DNA of 64,000 nucleotides, from NCBI RefSeq assembly GCF_006345805.1, contig NC_043005.1, forward strand, positions 42,594,001 through 42,658,000. The letters are read 5' to 3'. Under the pieces are notes generated by a model. It was given only the letters and a program-made list of their open reading frames with translations. It was not told the origin of the DNA and searched no databases. Below, in pieces: positions 12,629 to 26,469 of this stretch. How positions within the stretch are numbered: position 1 is the stretch's first letter; every line of letters starts with the position of its first letter. The translations under genes were made by a program, and so were the position numbers. The DNA comes from Octopus sinensis (lineage: Eukaryota).

Positions 12629-13979
12629 GTAAGCGTATGCCATCGTCTTAACAGCTCTTAGGGAACTACCAGCAGCAGAGCTTCTCCACTAATCTGCATT
12701 GAGGGAGGAAACCGCTTAGCAGTGCCTAAATGCACTTCAGATTACTTTTTGGTAAAAGAGAACTAAGCAATGCTAAACTTGACTACAAGCCTTGTTTCAA
12801 CCACAAAGTAGCAGTTACCTTGTAAATCCAAACTGGCCTATTTATAATGATTAAAACGTTTAAGAAGCAAGTAGTCCCCTGCTTCAGATCACATTCCAAG
12901 GATCTTTTGGAGAAGTCCACTCTTCTACATACATCTGTTGAGTATCTGTAAAGTGGTCTACGAAGGAAACGAACCATCAGCCTTCTCAAGGCTTTTAATT
13001 ATTCCATTTCCGAAGAAAGGTGATCTTTAGATGCCTGAAACTATACAGGAATTACGCTATTATCTCCACTTTAAAATACAAACAATTCTCCCCCTCCTTC
13101 TCTCTCTCTTTTTTTCTTTCTTTCTCTCTTTCTCTCTCCCTCTTTCTCTGTCTATTTGTCTCTCTCACTCTCTCTTTACTCCCCGATAGATTCTCTTCCT
13201 ATCAACCTCATCCTAAGACAACCAAAACGGCTTCGGCAAAGGCTAGTAAGTCTTAACGTTTGAATAATCCTTAAAGGGCTCAAAATCTCCAGGCAAAAAG
13301 GAATCGATTGTATTTGTATATTTTTCCATGGCCTTTAATTGCGTCAACAGAAGAACTACAAAATTTACGTAATCTGTTGAATATATGCTTAGTGTTCTTT
13401 ACAGCTATCGTTTAATTTCATTTACCTGTGCCACTCAGTGTCTTTAATGTACATTTCTACCTAGTAACCTTCTTAACGTAGGACAGATATGGTACTTTAG
13501 CTGATGATGTGTATGAATTCTAACCCTTGCTTGCTCATCCTGCAAATGTCGAACTAATTATCATATTTAACGTTAAAATTATGAAACTGCTCAAACCCTC
13601 CTTTACATTACTTATTTTATTTAAATTATAATACTTTGCGATATATTTTTACCCCTTTTTACTTTCCTCCTGTTCATTCGAAACGCAAAATTCTTTGGAT
13701 GAAGAGTAGGGATATATGTTAGTCAGTAGCAATTGTTTCTGAATCACAGGGTTCCAAACTACAAATATTCCACGCTAGTTTCCATAGGATTAAGTGATTA
13801 AAAAGTTGTTCTTCTAGAGAGGACACCAGTCTATTGCTTGTAACTATTTCTACATGAACAACTAAAATTAATACTGCAAGTCAACGAAGCAGTCGTTAAC
13901 TACACTGTGCCTCTACTGTCTTTCAAGCGCACACGTTATACTTAACTTGGACCTTGGTACAAAGTTGAGACGCTAGCAT

Positions 13980-14417
13980 GTTAGGAGTGTCCGATCTGTC
14001 GTGTAATTTATCTTGCAACATATCAACTTGTTTGTCTATGTCTCTCATACTCTAGTATTACACTAATCGGGTTAGGGTTAGGGCTTTCGGGTTAGGGTTA
14101 GGGTTAGGGTTAAGGTTTTAGGGTTAGGGATAGGGTTGTCATAACTGACACTGACAAATGAAATATACACCGCCGGAAGTTCTTGTTGACAAACAACAGC
14201 AGTAATTTTATTTGAGCTGAATACACGTCATTGATTGGTTGAAATTACCGAAATACGAGAACTTTGACGTGAAATAACTTCGTAAATATAATTTTTTCTC
14301 AAAAATGCTAAGAGTAAAAGATATTTTATATGACACATTCTACCAGTGTCTGAAGTTTGAAAGTGTTTAGTTACAAACAATTATTTTTTAAATCTGTCGG
14401 TCAAAAGGTAAAGATCC
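13980..14417. mobile_element. Interspersed repeat carrying a degenerate (TTAGGG)n tract at 14069-14137
   Basis: About 10 perfect or degenerate TTAGGG units embedded in non-telomeric sequence ending aaaaggtaaagatcc; element class not established. Confidence 0.5.
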
Positions 14418-15166
14418 CACTAATCGACCCTAGAGGGGCGATAAGTTAAGTCGTCGTAAATGGTATTCGAACTTGCAATCGAAAAGGATGAATCTTAATG
14501 GCACAATGGAGTACTACCACCCTCTTAATCTGCATTCATGCTAAACATTTATTTGGAGTTCGAAATGAAGAATTTCTGTTTTGCAATTGCTTCGTTCCTT
14601 ATTTTTTCATTGAACTTTACTTCAGCCTTTCTCTCAGAACGTGAAAGAAAAGCGAAACGATTTTCTGCCAGGAATTTTTCCTGATGAGATCTAGTCTTGC
14701 ACAATTCAATGGTTTCAGTATTTTTATTTCTGTTTACCTGCCTGTTAGATATAAAACAATCAAATCGTAATGGTATAGTGTCTGCTAATATAGTATCAGC
14801 TACTTTCACAACAAGTGGTGTTGATGGTGATTTTATATAGAAGAACTATCAACGTGTCTTTCTCATATACTTAATTGACGCTGTTCATATATTCAAAACA
14901 CAATCTGGCCTTACTTTTTTTTTTTTTTCCTTTTCTTCATATTTCACAAGAAAATTCTAGATTTTATTTAGTTTCCTTTCATCATTTCTTATTTTGGTTT
15001 TATGATTTTTCCAAATAAACGTAGCAGAAAAATAAATACATAAATCTAACAAAAACTCATATGAAAACACAAATTAAAAATAACAAAAAGAAAGCAGCCA
15101 TAGTAGAAATAGTTGTCACCATTACGCATTACACCTTTTTGATGGTAGGCTTCCTTCTAGTTGCAG

Positions 15167-15253
15167 ACCATTTCAATAACGGATCGTCTTTGTGTCGTGA
15201 GCAGTGAGGCAGAAACACAGAGTGCTTTTGGCGTAATTGTTGTGACAACTGCA
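15167..15253 (+). CDS. Candidate 87-nt internal exon, unknown product (TISITDRLCVVSSEAETQSAFGVIVVTTA)
   Basis: Acceptor cttccttctagttgcag, donor GCA|GTAAGT, open in phase 0; no recognised homology, could be chance. Confidence 0.15.
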
Positions 15254-16351
15254 GTAAGTTCAGCACTAGCAACAGTACAAAACCATTATTTCTACCGAAC
15301 ACTTCTTATGTCTGTATGTCTCTCACGAAATTGCCTTTTCCTTTACTATATTCTCTCTTCTACTTTTAAATACATATAAATCTTACTTTCTTCTCCCTCT
15401 CTCCCTCTCTCCCTCTCTCCCCCTCTCTCACTCTTCATCTCTTTTCATTCTTTTCTTTCTCTCTCTCCTTCTCTACTTCTGTCTACTTCCTTCTCCTTTT
15501 CAACCATTCTCAATATATTCTATTCTCTTCGATTCACTTTATCTCTCTCTTTCTTTTTCTCTCTGTCAATCTGTACATACATGCATACATACATACATAC
15601 ATACACACACACACTCACATCCACACACACCCATAAACATGCGCGTACACACACTCTTTCTCCTACTCTCTAACTTTCATGAATCGGTTCCTTCATTTTT
15701 CACTCCATATCACTCACACTCTTTCAAACTCTGATCCTTTCCTCTTTTCTTTTCATTCATAAGATGATATCTCTAGTATTCTCGAATACCTATAATCATC
15801 AAGACAGACATGTGCATTTCATAATATAGAACAAGATATTGTTTGATTGCAAAACTGTATCAATGTCTGCACTTGTATGTGCAGCTTCACACACTGACCA
15901 AAGTGAGTTGCAGCGTTGTTTTAGGCTGTACAGAAATGCATCATTGCACGTATATTTATGTACGCATTATCTTTCATTTATAATTATTTGTATTCTTCCT
16001 ACGAAGAAAGGGTTGGATTTTCATAAAGAAAAAAGTTTCATCGATTTGAATTACATAACAGCAACGTAGGATACGTAAATGCAACTATAGAACTTTTAAC
16101 TGCTTAGCTTACAAATTGTATTTGATAAAATGCGTGTTATTTGGTTGCTTTCTTTGCCTGAAAACTGCCTGATTTTATTAGACATTTGCAAGTAGAAATT
16201 TTAGTATTAATCTGGTTAGAGTAGTGCTTCACAACTGGAGGGCCTTATGGCCCATTGGGGGAATCATATAAGGTTTTGCTGCTAATGTTTATGCACAATA
16301 AATTGGTTATACGTTTACAATCTACAAAATAGTTAAACAATTTTTCTATAC

Positions 16352-16520
16352 AGGCGCAGGAGTGGCTGTGTGGTAAGTAGCTTGCTTACCAACCACATGG
16401 TTCCGGGTTCATTCCCACTGCGTGGCACCTTGGGCAAGTGTCTTCTACTATAGCCTCGGGCCGACCAAATCCTTGTGAGCGGATTTGGTTAACGGAAACT
16501 GAAAGAAGCCCGTCGTATAT
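16352..16520 (+). mobile_element. SINE family A, 5' half
   Basis: Matches 12234-12390, ends in (TA)/(GT) microsatellite. Confidence 0.85.
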
Positions 16521-16565
16521 ATATACATATACATATACATACATACACACATACATACATACATA

Positions 16566-16654
<89 letters not shown>

Positions 16655-16854
16655 ATATGTATATGTGCCTGGAGTAAAAAATAATATTTAATCATAAAAA
16701 TATAATGGGATTTTTTCAAGTATCGAATGACTTCGAGGTTTCACCCGAGTAAAAGAGGAATGAAAGGGTTCCATCGGTAAAAATGGTTGCGAATCACCGA
16801 TTTTCAAAGAAATGTCCCATTTAAACGACGGCTGTCTAAAGGTTGTTATGCTTG

Positions 16855-17040
16855 AGGGGAGGCATGTGACTAGTTTCCTGAACCGGACGACGCTTGTTTT
16901 CTTGAGCAAACCACTTAATTTTGCATTGCTCCAGTCCACTCAGCTGGCAAAAACGAGTAACCCTGTGACAGACGGGTGTCCCATCCAGGTGGAGGGATTT
17001 ATAGCCATGGAAAAAACCGAAATCCGGGCCCTACCTTTAC
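16855..17040 (+). mobile_element. Degenerate SINE with CORE-like and V-like blocks
   Basis: cttgagcaaaccactt..ctccagtccactcagctg followed by ccctgtgacagacgggtgtcccatccagg. Confidence 0.5.
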
Positions 17041-17119
17041 CTTATCTATGTTTGCAGTTGATATTCCTTATGCTTAAACGTATGTATGTATAGGAGAACA
17101 AGAATACTTTATGTGTCAC

Positions 17120-17520
17120 TGAACATGTATGTCTTTCGCTTATTAGACTGTGACCATGCTGGGGCACCGTCTTGAAAGATTTTTAGTCGAGTGAATCGAC
17201 CACAATTCTCATTTTTTTTTGTTAAACATGGTACTTATTCCATCGGTCTCTTTTCTTGAACCGCTAAGTTACGAGAACGTAAAAAAAGACAACAAAGTTT
17301 GTCAAGCGGTGGTAGAAGACAAACACAGACGCGCGTGCACACACATACATTCATTCATAAATGTGGACTTCTTTCAGTTTCCATCTGCTAAATTCAATCG
17401 CAAGGCTTTAATCGGGCCAAGGCTACAGTATAAAACACTTGCCCAAGGTACCACGCGGTGGGACTGAACGTAAAACAATTTGGTTGGAAAGTAAGCTTCC
17501 TACCATACAACCATACCATA
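17120..17520 (-). mobile_element. Diverged SINE family A
   Basis: Reverse complement of the family A tail and head. Confidence 0.7.
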
Positions 17521-18469
17521 TATGCATGTAAGTATGTTATATTTTGCTTTAAGAATTCAAATAATTGAATCCTTCCTGTAAAAAAGGAACCGATTCCTAA
17601 GAAAGAAATAAAGCTCCATCGTTGGAATTTGTTTAACAACAATGATATAAGTTCACGTGCTAAGCTGTAGAAAACTCTGGCGTATTAAACTGTTCCACTA
17701 AGAGATTGTCTTTCGTAAGTGTGTGATAATTGTCTTTGCTTGAAAAGGGTTTTCCATTTTTTATCTCTTTTCTTACTCCTTAGATGCTTACATAATTAAG
17801 TACCCCAATGATTATCAGTACAGATCAATTTAAATTTATGGTAAAGATAAACAGCAAGGCTCGAAACAACACCTTGTAAATATATTCGTTCTTGCAGAAT
17901 TTGAAAGAAGTGCTCCTAATCTGTAGGGTAACTCTATACAGAACATGAAGTTTCTTGTTTGTCCGAAACAGCGTTATTAGGCTTGTTAAGACTTCATTCA
18001 GTGGAAGTTTTGATGAGAAATATCTACCCAATATTCTTTGTGTTGAAACGTAGGTACGTATTGAAAACGGATGCATTTTCAATATTTATCCAAGGACAGC
18101 CTTTCTTCTCAAAGTCGTCTGTTTTAATGACATCATCGCACTGCATTGGAAATTAGTGGCTTAATAATATTTTAAGAACAGCTGATAAAGACATAGAAAT
18201 GCAACATACTGACTTTATGTATGCGCATATATGTATAGACATATCAATGTATTTCTTCTATGTATTTGTCTTTGTTATATTTTGATTACTTTGGGCAGAG
18301 GAAGGGCAGGTTCAAAGTATATAACAAAAGTATGGTTTCCAACAGCGAAAGGAAGATCCATCATTGGAATTTAGACATCGACAACGAAATCGAGTTAGAT
18401 GCTAAATTTTAGAGAAAAGATGCTTGTGTCCATATTTCTGTTTATATAGTCAATTTTAAGAATATATTG

Positions 18470-18873
18470 TTATAGCTGTATGGTAAGAAGTTTACTTTCC
18501 AACCACATAGTTGCGTGGCACCTAGGGCAGCTTCCTTCTAGCCTTTGGCCGACTAAAGCCTTGTGAGTGGATTTGGTACTGGGAAACTGAAAAAAGACCG
18601 AACCACTAAGTTACGGGGTCGTAAGCACACCGCCATCGGTTGTCAAGTGATGTGTGGGGGGTGGGACACAGACACACAAACGTATACACACACATATATA
18701 CATATATACGACGGGCTTCTTTCAGTTTCCGTCTACCAAATCCACTCACAAGGCTTTGGTCGGCTTGTGGCTATAGTAGAAGACACTTGCCCAAGTTGCT
18801 ACGCAGTGGGAATGAACCCGGAACCATGTGGTTGGTAAGCAAGCTACTTACCACACACGGCCACTCCTGCGTC
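18470..18873. mobile_element. Convergent pair of family A fragments: + strand 5' part (18470-18595) fused to a - strand copy (18596-18873)
   Basis: Orientation switches at ..aaactgaaaaaagaccgaacc. Confidence 0.75.
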
Positions 18874-18907
18874 TAAATGTATATATATATATATATAATA
18901 TATATAT

Positions 18908-18964
<57 letters not shown>

Positions 18965-19005
18965 TGTATGTATGTATGTATGTATGTATGTATGTATGTA
19001 GTATG

Positions 19006-19036
<31 letters not shown>

Positions 19037-20807
19037 TGGGGAAGAGGTTTTGAAAATGCAGAGGTCTTTGTAGACAGTATTTGATAGGCGAAAGCGTGTG
19101 TTGCTTAGTCAAAAGTTCATCAGAAATCATATTTAAATATTTATACAGAATTTTAATGGAATAACCAACTTTTTTTCTTCATCTCCAGTCGTCTATGTGT
19201 GTTTGGCAAGGATGGTTGCCAAATGCCATATACGCAACACACAAACGCATCTCTATACAAACACGCACAGTTGTACACGCCTACCAAATACCGTCTACAA
19301 ATTCTTTCTGTATATATGTTTATATACAATCATGATTTTTAATGAACTTATAAATAATTATGAATTTATTTTACTACCCATTTTGAACACTTTTATGTAA
19401 ACTGTTTAAACACAAAGCCCCTCTTAACATTTTCTTATCACTGTCAAAGACTCTATCAGTGTATTCTAATACATCTATATTAACTATTTTTTCAACAAGA
19501 CAAAAGCTACACAAAGTCTTACATTTTACTTTAGAAATAAAAAAAAAAGTGAAACCGTTCAAGTCAATAAACATCTTTAAAAAAACCTCTGCATTTTCAT
19601 ATGCTCTTCCCTATATATTTTCACTGGTGCGGTACCTTCCAGTTTTATTTATATATATATAAGTATGGTCAGCTGAAATTGTGAAGATAATCTGGTACTT
19701 GACTGAGGAAAGAAAACTTCGAAAGACCTGTCCTTGTTTTCTTTGTATCGTCTATCTAGATGTTTTGTTGTCCCACTTTTGCATCACCTAGCTGTCCGGA
19801 TGTTTTGCGTTCTTGTCCCATTTTGTATTATATATATATATATATATATACATATACACCCACACACATAAATATTTATATGTGTGTGGAGGGGTAGGAT
19901 TTAAAGCCGTTCATCAATTTGTAAAAGAAATATTATTTACTGTTGATGAGATCAGTTTATGAAGTAGGGTCAAGTGTACGTAAAATTTTGGGTTGAATGG
20001 GACTTCAAGTTTCACCTTATTGACTATTCAACAGAAAATGTTTAACACATACATACACATAATTGCACACACTCACATACACACGCACACACACACACAC
20101 ACAAATCAAATGATTGAGAGGGCAAAACTGGGCACAATAGTTATTGAATTCAAATAGTACACAATTGTTTCGTCGTTCGTAGACATGATAATTCTACAAC
20201 ACACTAAAGTTACAAAGGACCACGTAAGCTCACAAAATTTAGTGCATAACTAAATCGTTGGCAATATCTATTCCTCTTGCGACAGAGAAAATTTGTTTCT
20301 GCTATAAGGATTCGATTTCCGAACGCCACTTCAAGTACTCCCAAAGGATCTTGAATAAGGCTTGAGCGACACCACTTGGCATTCTCACTACTTTATTCCT
20401 GCAGCTTCTTTTGCTTGCGGGAGTTAAACAAATCAATATGATATATAGTAACGAAATTTCATTGGTCAATATGCATTTTATAGACACTGAGAGAGATGAC
20501 GGTAATACATAGATGCGTATACGCACACGTACATACCTATCGATCTTTCAATCCGTATATACTTACATAGAAACTTATATTAACTATATACACAAATACA
20601 TATGTGCATGGTTATGCTTCTATATGTGTGTACGTGTGGGTTTGTGTGTGTATATATATATATACATGCATATGTGTGCGTCTTAGCGTGTGTATGAAAT
20701 GCACATGCATACCATACGCGTATACATATTCTATAGGCATGTATATATATATTATATATATATATATATATTATATATATATATAAATATACATACATAT
20801 ATATATA

Positions 20808-20891
<84 letters not shown>

Positions 20892-21309
20892 GCATTTATT
20901 TTAATATACATATCAGTAAAAGTCTATTGATACACACATTTGTGTGTGTGTGTGTGCAAAAGAGAAATCGAGAGAGAGAGAGAGAGAGAGAGTGAGTGAG
21001 AGCAAGATATATCATCCAAGAGAAATGAAGAGACAATAAACAAACACATGTCAATCATCGTGCTAAAATAAGAGAAAAAAAGCGAAGAAATGACAGCAGA
21101 GAAAGTCGTCACAAATCGTTCTTGATATTTTTGACTGGTGTGTGTAGCTGCGTGCAAAGCTACACAAATAGCCGTAACGTCCTACATATTCGCATATACG
21201 TACATGTGTCTTTGAAAGATTACTAACATTTCTAGATGGACATGTTGCATATGTTTACATTACATACATACACGTATATGTATGCTGGTATGTACTGTCT
21301 GTGTGCGTC

Positions 21310-21311
21310 TA

Positions 21312-21391
<80 letters not shown>

Positions 21392-21400
21392 ATCTATCTA

Positions 21401-21435
<35 letters not shown>

Positions 21436-21488
21436 GTCTGTCTGCCTCTTTCTCTGTCTCTCTCATTCCTTCTCTGTCTGTCTGTCTG

Positions 21489-21575
<87 letters not shown>
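21310..21575. repeat. (ATCT)n/(GTCT)n/(TA)n compound microsatellite
   Basis: Direct reading. Confidence 0.95.
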
Positions 21576-21576
<1 letters not shown>

Positions 21577-21607
21577 GGACATAGACAATATATACGTATA
21601 GATATAT

Positions 21608-21800
21608 TACTCTTTTACTCTTTTACTTGTTTCAGTCATTTGACTGTGGCCATGCTGGAGCACCGCCTTTAGTCGATCAAATCGACCCCGGGACTTATTC
21701 TTTGTAAGCCCAGTACTTATTCTATCGGTCTTTTTTGCCGAACCGCTAGGTGACGGCGACGTAAACACACCAGCATCGGTTGTCAAGCAATGCCATATAT
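21608..21800 (-). mobile_element. SINE family A, 3' half
   Basis: Reverse complement of 12440-12628. Confidence 0.85.
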
Positions 21801-22000
21801 ATATATATATATATACATATTTATATACATATATATGTTTGTATGTATATCTTACTATATATATTTATTTATTCATGCATCTTATAATACGTAGACATAC
21901 ATATATAAAGTAATATATATAATTTTTAGCATATATACATAATTTACATATAATGATATATACTTATATATAATATATATCATATATACATATATATATG

Positions 22001-22035
<35 letters not shown>

Positions 22036-22569
22036 ATGTATATATATATATATATATATATGTAAATTTATATATTTATATAATATATATTATATATATT
22101 TATATATACATATTCATATATGCATATATATATATATATCTCTCTCTATATATATATATATACGAGTGTGACCCTAGGCTCTCAAGCTCACTGGGTTGCT
22201 TATCGTGTTGGATAAGATTATTTTCTGTTAATAACGTGAGTTATCGTTCTTAGCAAACTATCATTGCATCCAAGCGGTGCTTCTCTAAACCTCCCTATTC
22301 TACATTCACAACACAACAAAGCTCAAAGCTTACTATGTAGGCTTCCACTTTCTGGCGTTGTACTTCTCCTTTATCTTTTGTCGTTACACGATTAAAAATT
22401 GTCTTGTTGTGATGGTTGGAGTGGTAAAGAAACGAAGCCAATGCAGTGTGACAGCCAGTTGATACGTGTAAGCCAGTTGCACATTACGGAATTATCTGAA
22501 TATATTAGTGTTTCCTGATTTATATGCTAAAATGTATTCATATGGATAGTATATTCTTGGAAATTGTAT

Positions 22570-22704
22570 AAGGCGTAGGAGTGGCTGTAGAAGTAGCTTG
22601 CTTACCAGCCACATGGTTCCGGCAAGTGTCTTCTACTATAGTCTCGGACCGACCAAAGCCTTGTGAGCGGATTTGGTAGACGGAACTGAAAGAAGCCCGT
22701 CGTA

Positions 22705-22752
<48 letters not shown>

Positions 22753-22985
22753 GCATGTGTGTGTGTGCTTGTGTGTCTGTGTTTGTCCTCCCAACATCGC
22801 TTGACAACCGATGCTGGTGTGTTTACGACTCCGTCACCTAGCGGTTCGGCAAAAAAGACCGATAGAATAAGTACTAGGCTTACAAAAAATAAGTCCTGGG
22901 TCGATTTGGTCGACTAAAGGCGGTGCTCCAGCATGGCCACAGTCAAATAACTGAAACAAGTAACAGAGAAAAGAGTAAAGAGTAA
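22570..22985 (+). mobile_element. SINE family A with a small internal deletion
   Basis: Head, internal microsatellite and tail present. Confidence 0.85.
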
Positions 22986-23344
22986 ATAAATAAATAAATG
23001 AATAAATAAATAAATAAATAAATAAGCAGTGATTTAGCAATCCTTGAATTTAGGACACCACTTTCACTCAAAATCATTTTGTTTCGCGCACGTCGAAGAA
23101 ATTATTGAATTCGCTAATATCTCCGAGCGGCTCACGGTCAAGTGTTTTGGTCATAAATGATTAAAACAAATAGTAAAGAAATGGCAAAAGAAGCTTCGAT
23201 CAGACCAGGAAATTATGGCGAGTGGCTTTAGTAAGACATAGAAGTCATTCTACTTCGTTTTCTGGTAAGCAGCCGTATCATAAACAACGATCGGTACATC
23301 TCAAATGATCTATCTCGGTTGTCTGTCGGTCTGTCTAGTATATT

Positions 23345-23921
23345 CGTTTCTACTCAAAGCACAAGGCTCGAAAATTTTGTGGGAGGGGGCCAGTCGATTA
23401 GATCGACCCCAGTGCGCAACTGGTACATAATTTATCGACCCCGAAAAGATGAAAGGCAAAGTCGCCTTCGACAGACTTTGAACTCGGACCGCAAAGACAC
23501 ACGAAATACCTATTTCTTTACTACCCACAACGGGCTAAACACAGAGAGGACAAACAAGGACAGAGAAAACGGATTAAGTCGATTATATCGACCCCAGCGC
23601 GTAACTGGTACTTATTTAATCAACCCCGAAAAGATGAAAGGCAAAGTGGATCTCGGCAGAATTTGATCTCAGAACGTAACGGCAGACGAAATACCTATTT
23701 CTTTATTACCCACAAGGGGCTAAACACAGAAGGGACAAACAAGGACAGACATAGGTATTAAGTCGATTACATCGACCCCAGTGCGTAACTGGTACTTAAT
23801 TTATCGACCCCGAAAGGATGAAAGGCAAAGTCGACCTCGGCAGAATTTGATCTCAGAACGTAACGGCAGACGAAATACCGCTAAGCATTTCGCCCGGCGT
23901 GCTAACGTTTCTGCCAGCTCG
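23345..23921 (-). mobile_element. SINE family B trimer (about 185-bp period) with a perfect 18-bp TSD
   Basis: TSD cggtctgtctagtatatt at 23327-23344 and 23922-23939; internal junctions gaaatacc|tatttc at about 23510 and 23695; the 3'-most unit has a different tail. Confidence 0.92.
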
Positions 23922-24139
23922 CGGTCTGTCTAGTATATTGAGATACAAATGTGGCTGTGTGATAAGAAGTTTAATTCCGATTATAACCCAAGGCCGATCA
24001 AAGAGTGATGAATGTATTCGGTAGACGGAAACTGAAAGAAGCCCGTCGTATATATATATACACACAGAGAAAGAGAGAGAGGGGGAGACAGAGAATTAAG
24101 TAGATAGATAGACAGAGATAGAGAGACAGACAGACAGAC

Positions 24140-24188
<49 letters not shown>

Positions 24189-25169
24189 TAGATAGATAGA
24201 TAGATTATATAGTTGTTCTTTGTAGGTAGAAAGTTATTTTTTCAAATCATTCCAGAAATATAAATAATTTAAAAAATAATAAATATTTGCATTTTCTAAT
24301 GTGTTCCACTAAAACGCATACACAGAATAGGTGAAACTTCAAAAAACTGAAACCGAATATTTCCATAAGGATTGTAGTCTAATATCTAAATATCTGAAAA
24401 CTGTTCCCCAGCCTACCGGAAATAAAACGAAAAGAATATCGTTTTCCGCTTCCATTTTAAAACTATATACTGCTCTCTGAAAATATCTGAAATACATTTT
24501 TACTTTGTTTTATCAATTCATTTCTGTTTTTCTTCTCTGCTCCAACTTCATAAATTGCATACATTGAATGTAATACAATCCTCTGCACCGACGAGACAAA
24601 TTATATCGAAACTAACGTCCGTCTGCCTTTATATAATGATATTGTTAATAAATACAATCAATAAAAATTGTCTGAAAAAAAAAACAAATTTTTATTCACT
24701 TTCTTATTCTACTCCAAGTAAATGAACGAACCCAAAATACTCAACGCGCGCACATGCACATACACAACACACTCACATGCGAATGTAGACACAAATATAT
24801 TTATCCATGCATTTAGGTATCCGTATGAAAGCTGATTTATACATATGTATATGCATTTAAATAATGCATGAGTTTGTCTTTGCATACATATTAATATATA
24901 CATAAATACATTTGTATGTTTCTCTTTCCGTTAATATATATATATATAATATATATATATATATATACATGCGTGTGTGTATATGCATACATATATATAT
25001 ATGCGTATAAGTATACGTATATATATATATATAATAATATATATATATCTATATATATATATATATATATATGTGCATGTATGTCTATATTTATATACAC
25101 ACAATACATATCTATACTCTGTGTGTGTTATATGCATAAGTGTATATAGGTGCATATATTCCTCTTCTA

Positions 25170-25500
25170 TTCCTTAATTTGTGTCAGTTATTTGACTGCA
25201 GCCATGCTGGAGCACCACCTTTAGTCGAACAAATCGACCCCAGGAAATATTCTTTGTAAGCCTATGTTATATCGCACGTTCCGATGACTTCTATTCAACT
25301 CCCGAAGTCTGGACTTCTCCCTCTATATCTACGTATTGGGCTAGCCTACTTCATCGTCTGGGGCATCCACACAACAGCCTCGTACTTATTATATCGATAT
25401 ATTTTGCCAAAACGCTAAGTTACGAGGACCTAAACACACCAGCATCAGTTCTCAAACGATGGTGGGGGACAAACGCAGACAAACAAACATATGAACACAC
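25170..25500 (-). mobile_element. SINE family A 3' half interrupted by a 112-bp insert
   Basis: Consensus ctttgtaagcctagtactt is split at gccta. Confidence 0.85.
25265..25376. mobile_element. 112-bp solo-LTR-like insertion (TGTT...AACA, 5-bp TSD)
   Basis: Termini tgtta..caaca; flanks gccta (25260-25264) and gcctc (25377-25381). Confidence 0.65.
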
Positions 25501-25527
25501 ACGCGTGACGTTCAATTAAATAATAGT

Positions 25528-25579
<52 letters not shown>

Positions 25580-25598
25580 ATATATAATATATATATAT

Positions 25599-25699
<101 letters not shown>

Positions 25700-25726
25700 C
25701 ATAGATATAGTTATAGATATATATGA

Positions 25727-26075
25727 GTACAGGACATCACAAACAGTAAACAGCATGAAATACGAATACAAATGAGTTTAATATGCAAACAACGAGAGAA
25801 GCACATGGAAAACAGGACAAGTAACATAAAGAACGAGCCTTCATCAGATGTCCACTGTCAATTTAACTTTGACCCTCCATAAATACCAAATTTTATTTTG
25901 GCTTTTGTAGGAGCAACGGCCTTCGAAGACTCATATTGTCATTGAATGTTCGAAATGAGGAGTAGATGGACAGCCAACAACTGTTTTCTATTTGTTTCTC
26001 TCGTTGTTTGTGTATTGAACTCATTTGTTTTCGTGTTTCAACTTGTTTACCGTTGGTGACGTCCTGTACCGATAT
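25727..26075. mobile_element. Diverged inverted pair of a PLE-like 3'-end repeat; relatives at 32180-32340, 32740-33070 and 33730-34090
   Basis: 25727-25850 is the reverse complement of the family seen at 25975-26075 and 33950-34085. Confidence 0.6.
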
Positions 26076-26076
26076 A

Positions 26077-26174
<98 letters not shown>

Positions 26175-26350
26175 ATATGTGTGTGTGTGTATTCAGTTTC
26201 CGTCTACCAAATCCACTCACTGGGCTTTGGTCGGTCCTAGGCTATAGTAGAAGACATTTGCCAAAGCTCCCACGTTGGGACCGAACCGGGAATCATGTGG
26301 TTGGTAAGCAAGCTACTTACCACACAGCCACTTCTGCATGTATGTATGTG

Positions 26351-26415
<65 letters not shown>

Positions 26416-26469
26416 TATATATATCAACTCGTGTGTTCCTTTTCATCCTTATACATATACATATATATA

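Noticed and set aside
14549-14809. 86-aa - strand ORF (MKVADTILAD..)
   Set aside because: No recognisable domain, non-ATG start, weak splice context
19695-19735. CTGAGGA..cttc-GAAA hammerhead candidate
   Set aside because: Helix I strands are not complementary and helix III is unconvincing
20302-20526. - strand ORF ending MPSGVAQALFKILWEYLKWRSEIESL
   Set aside because: Protein-like but short, unrecognised, and with no convincing splice sites
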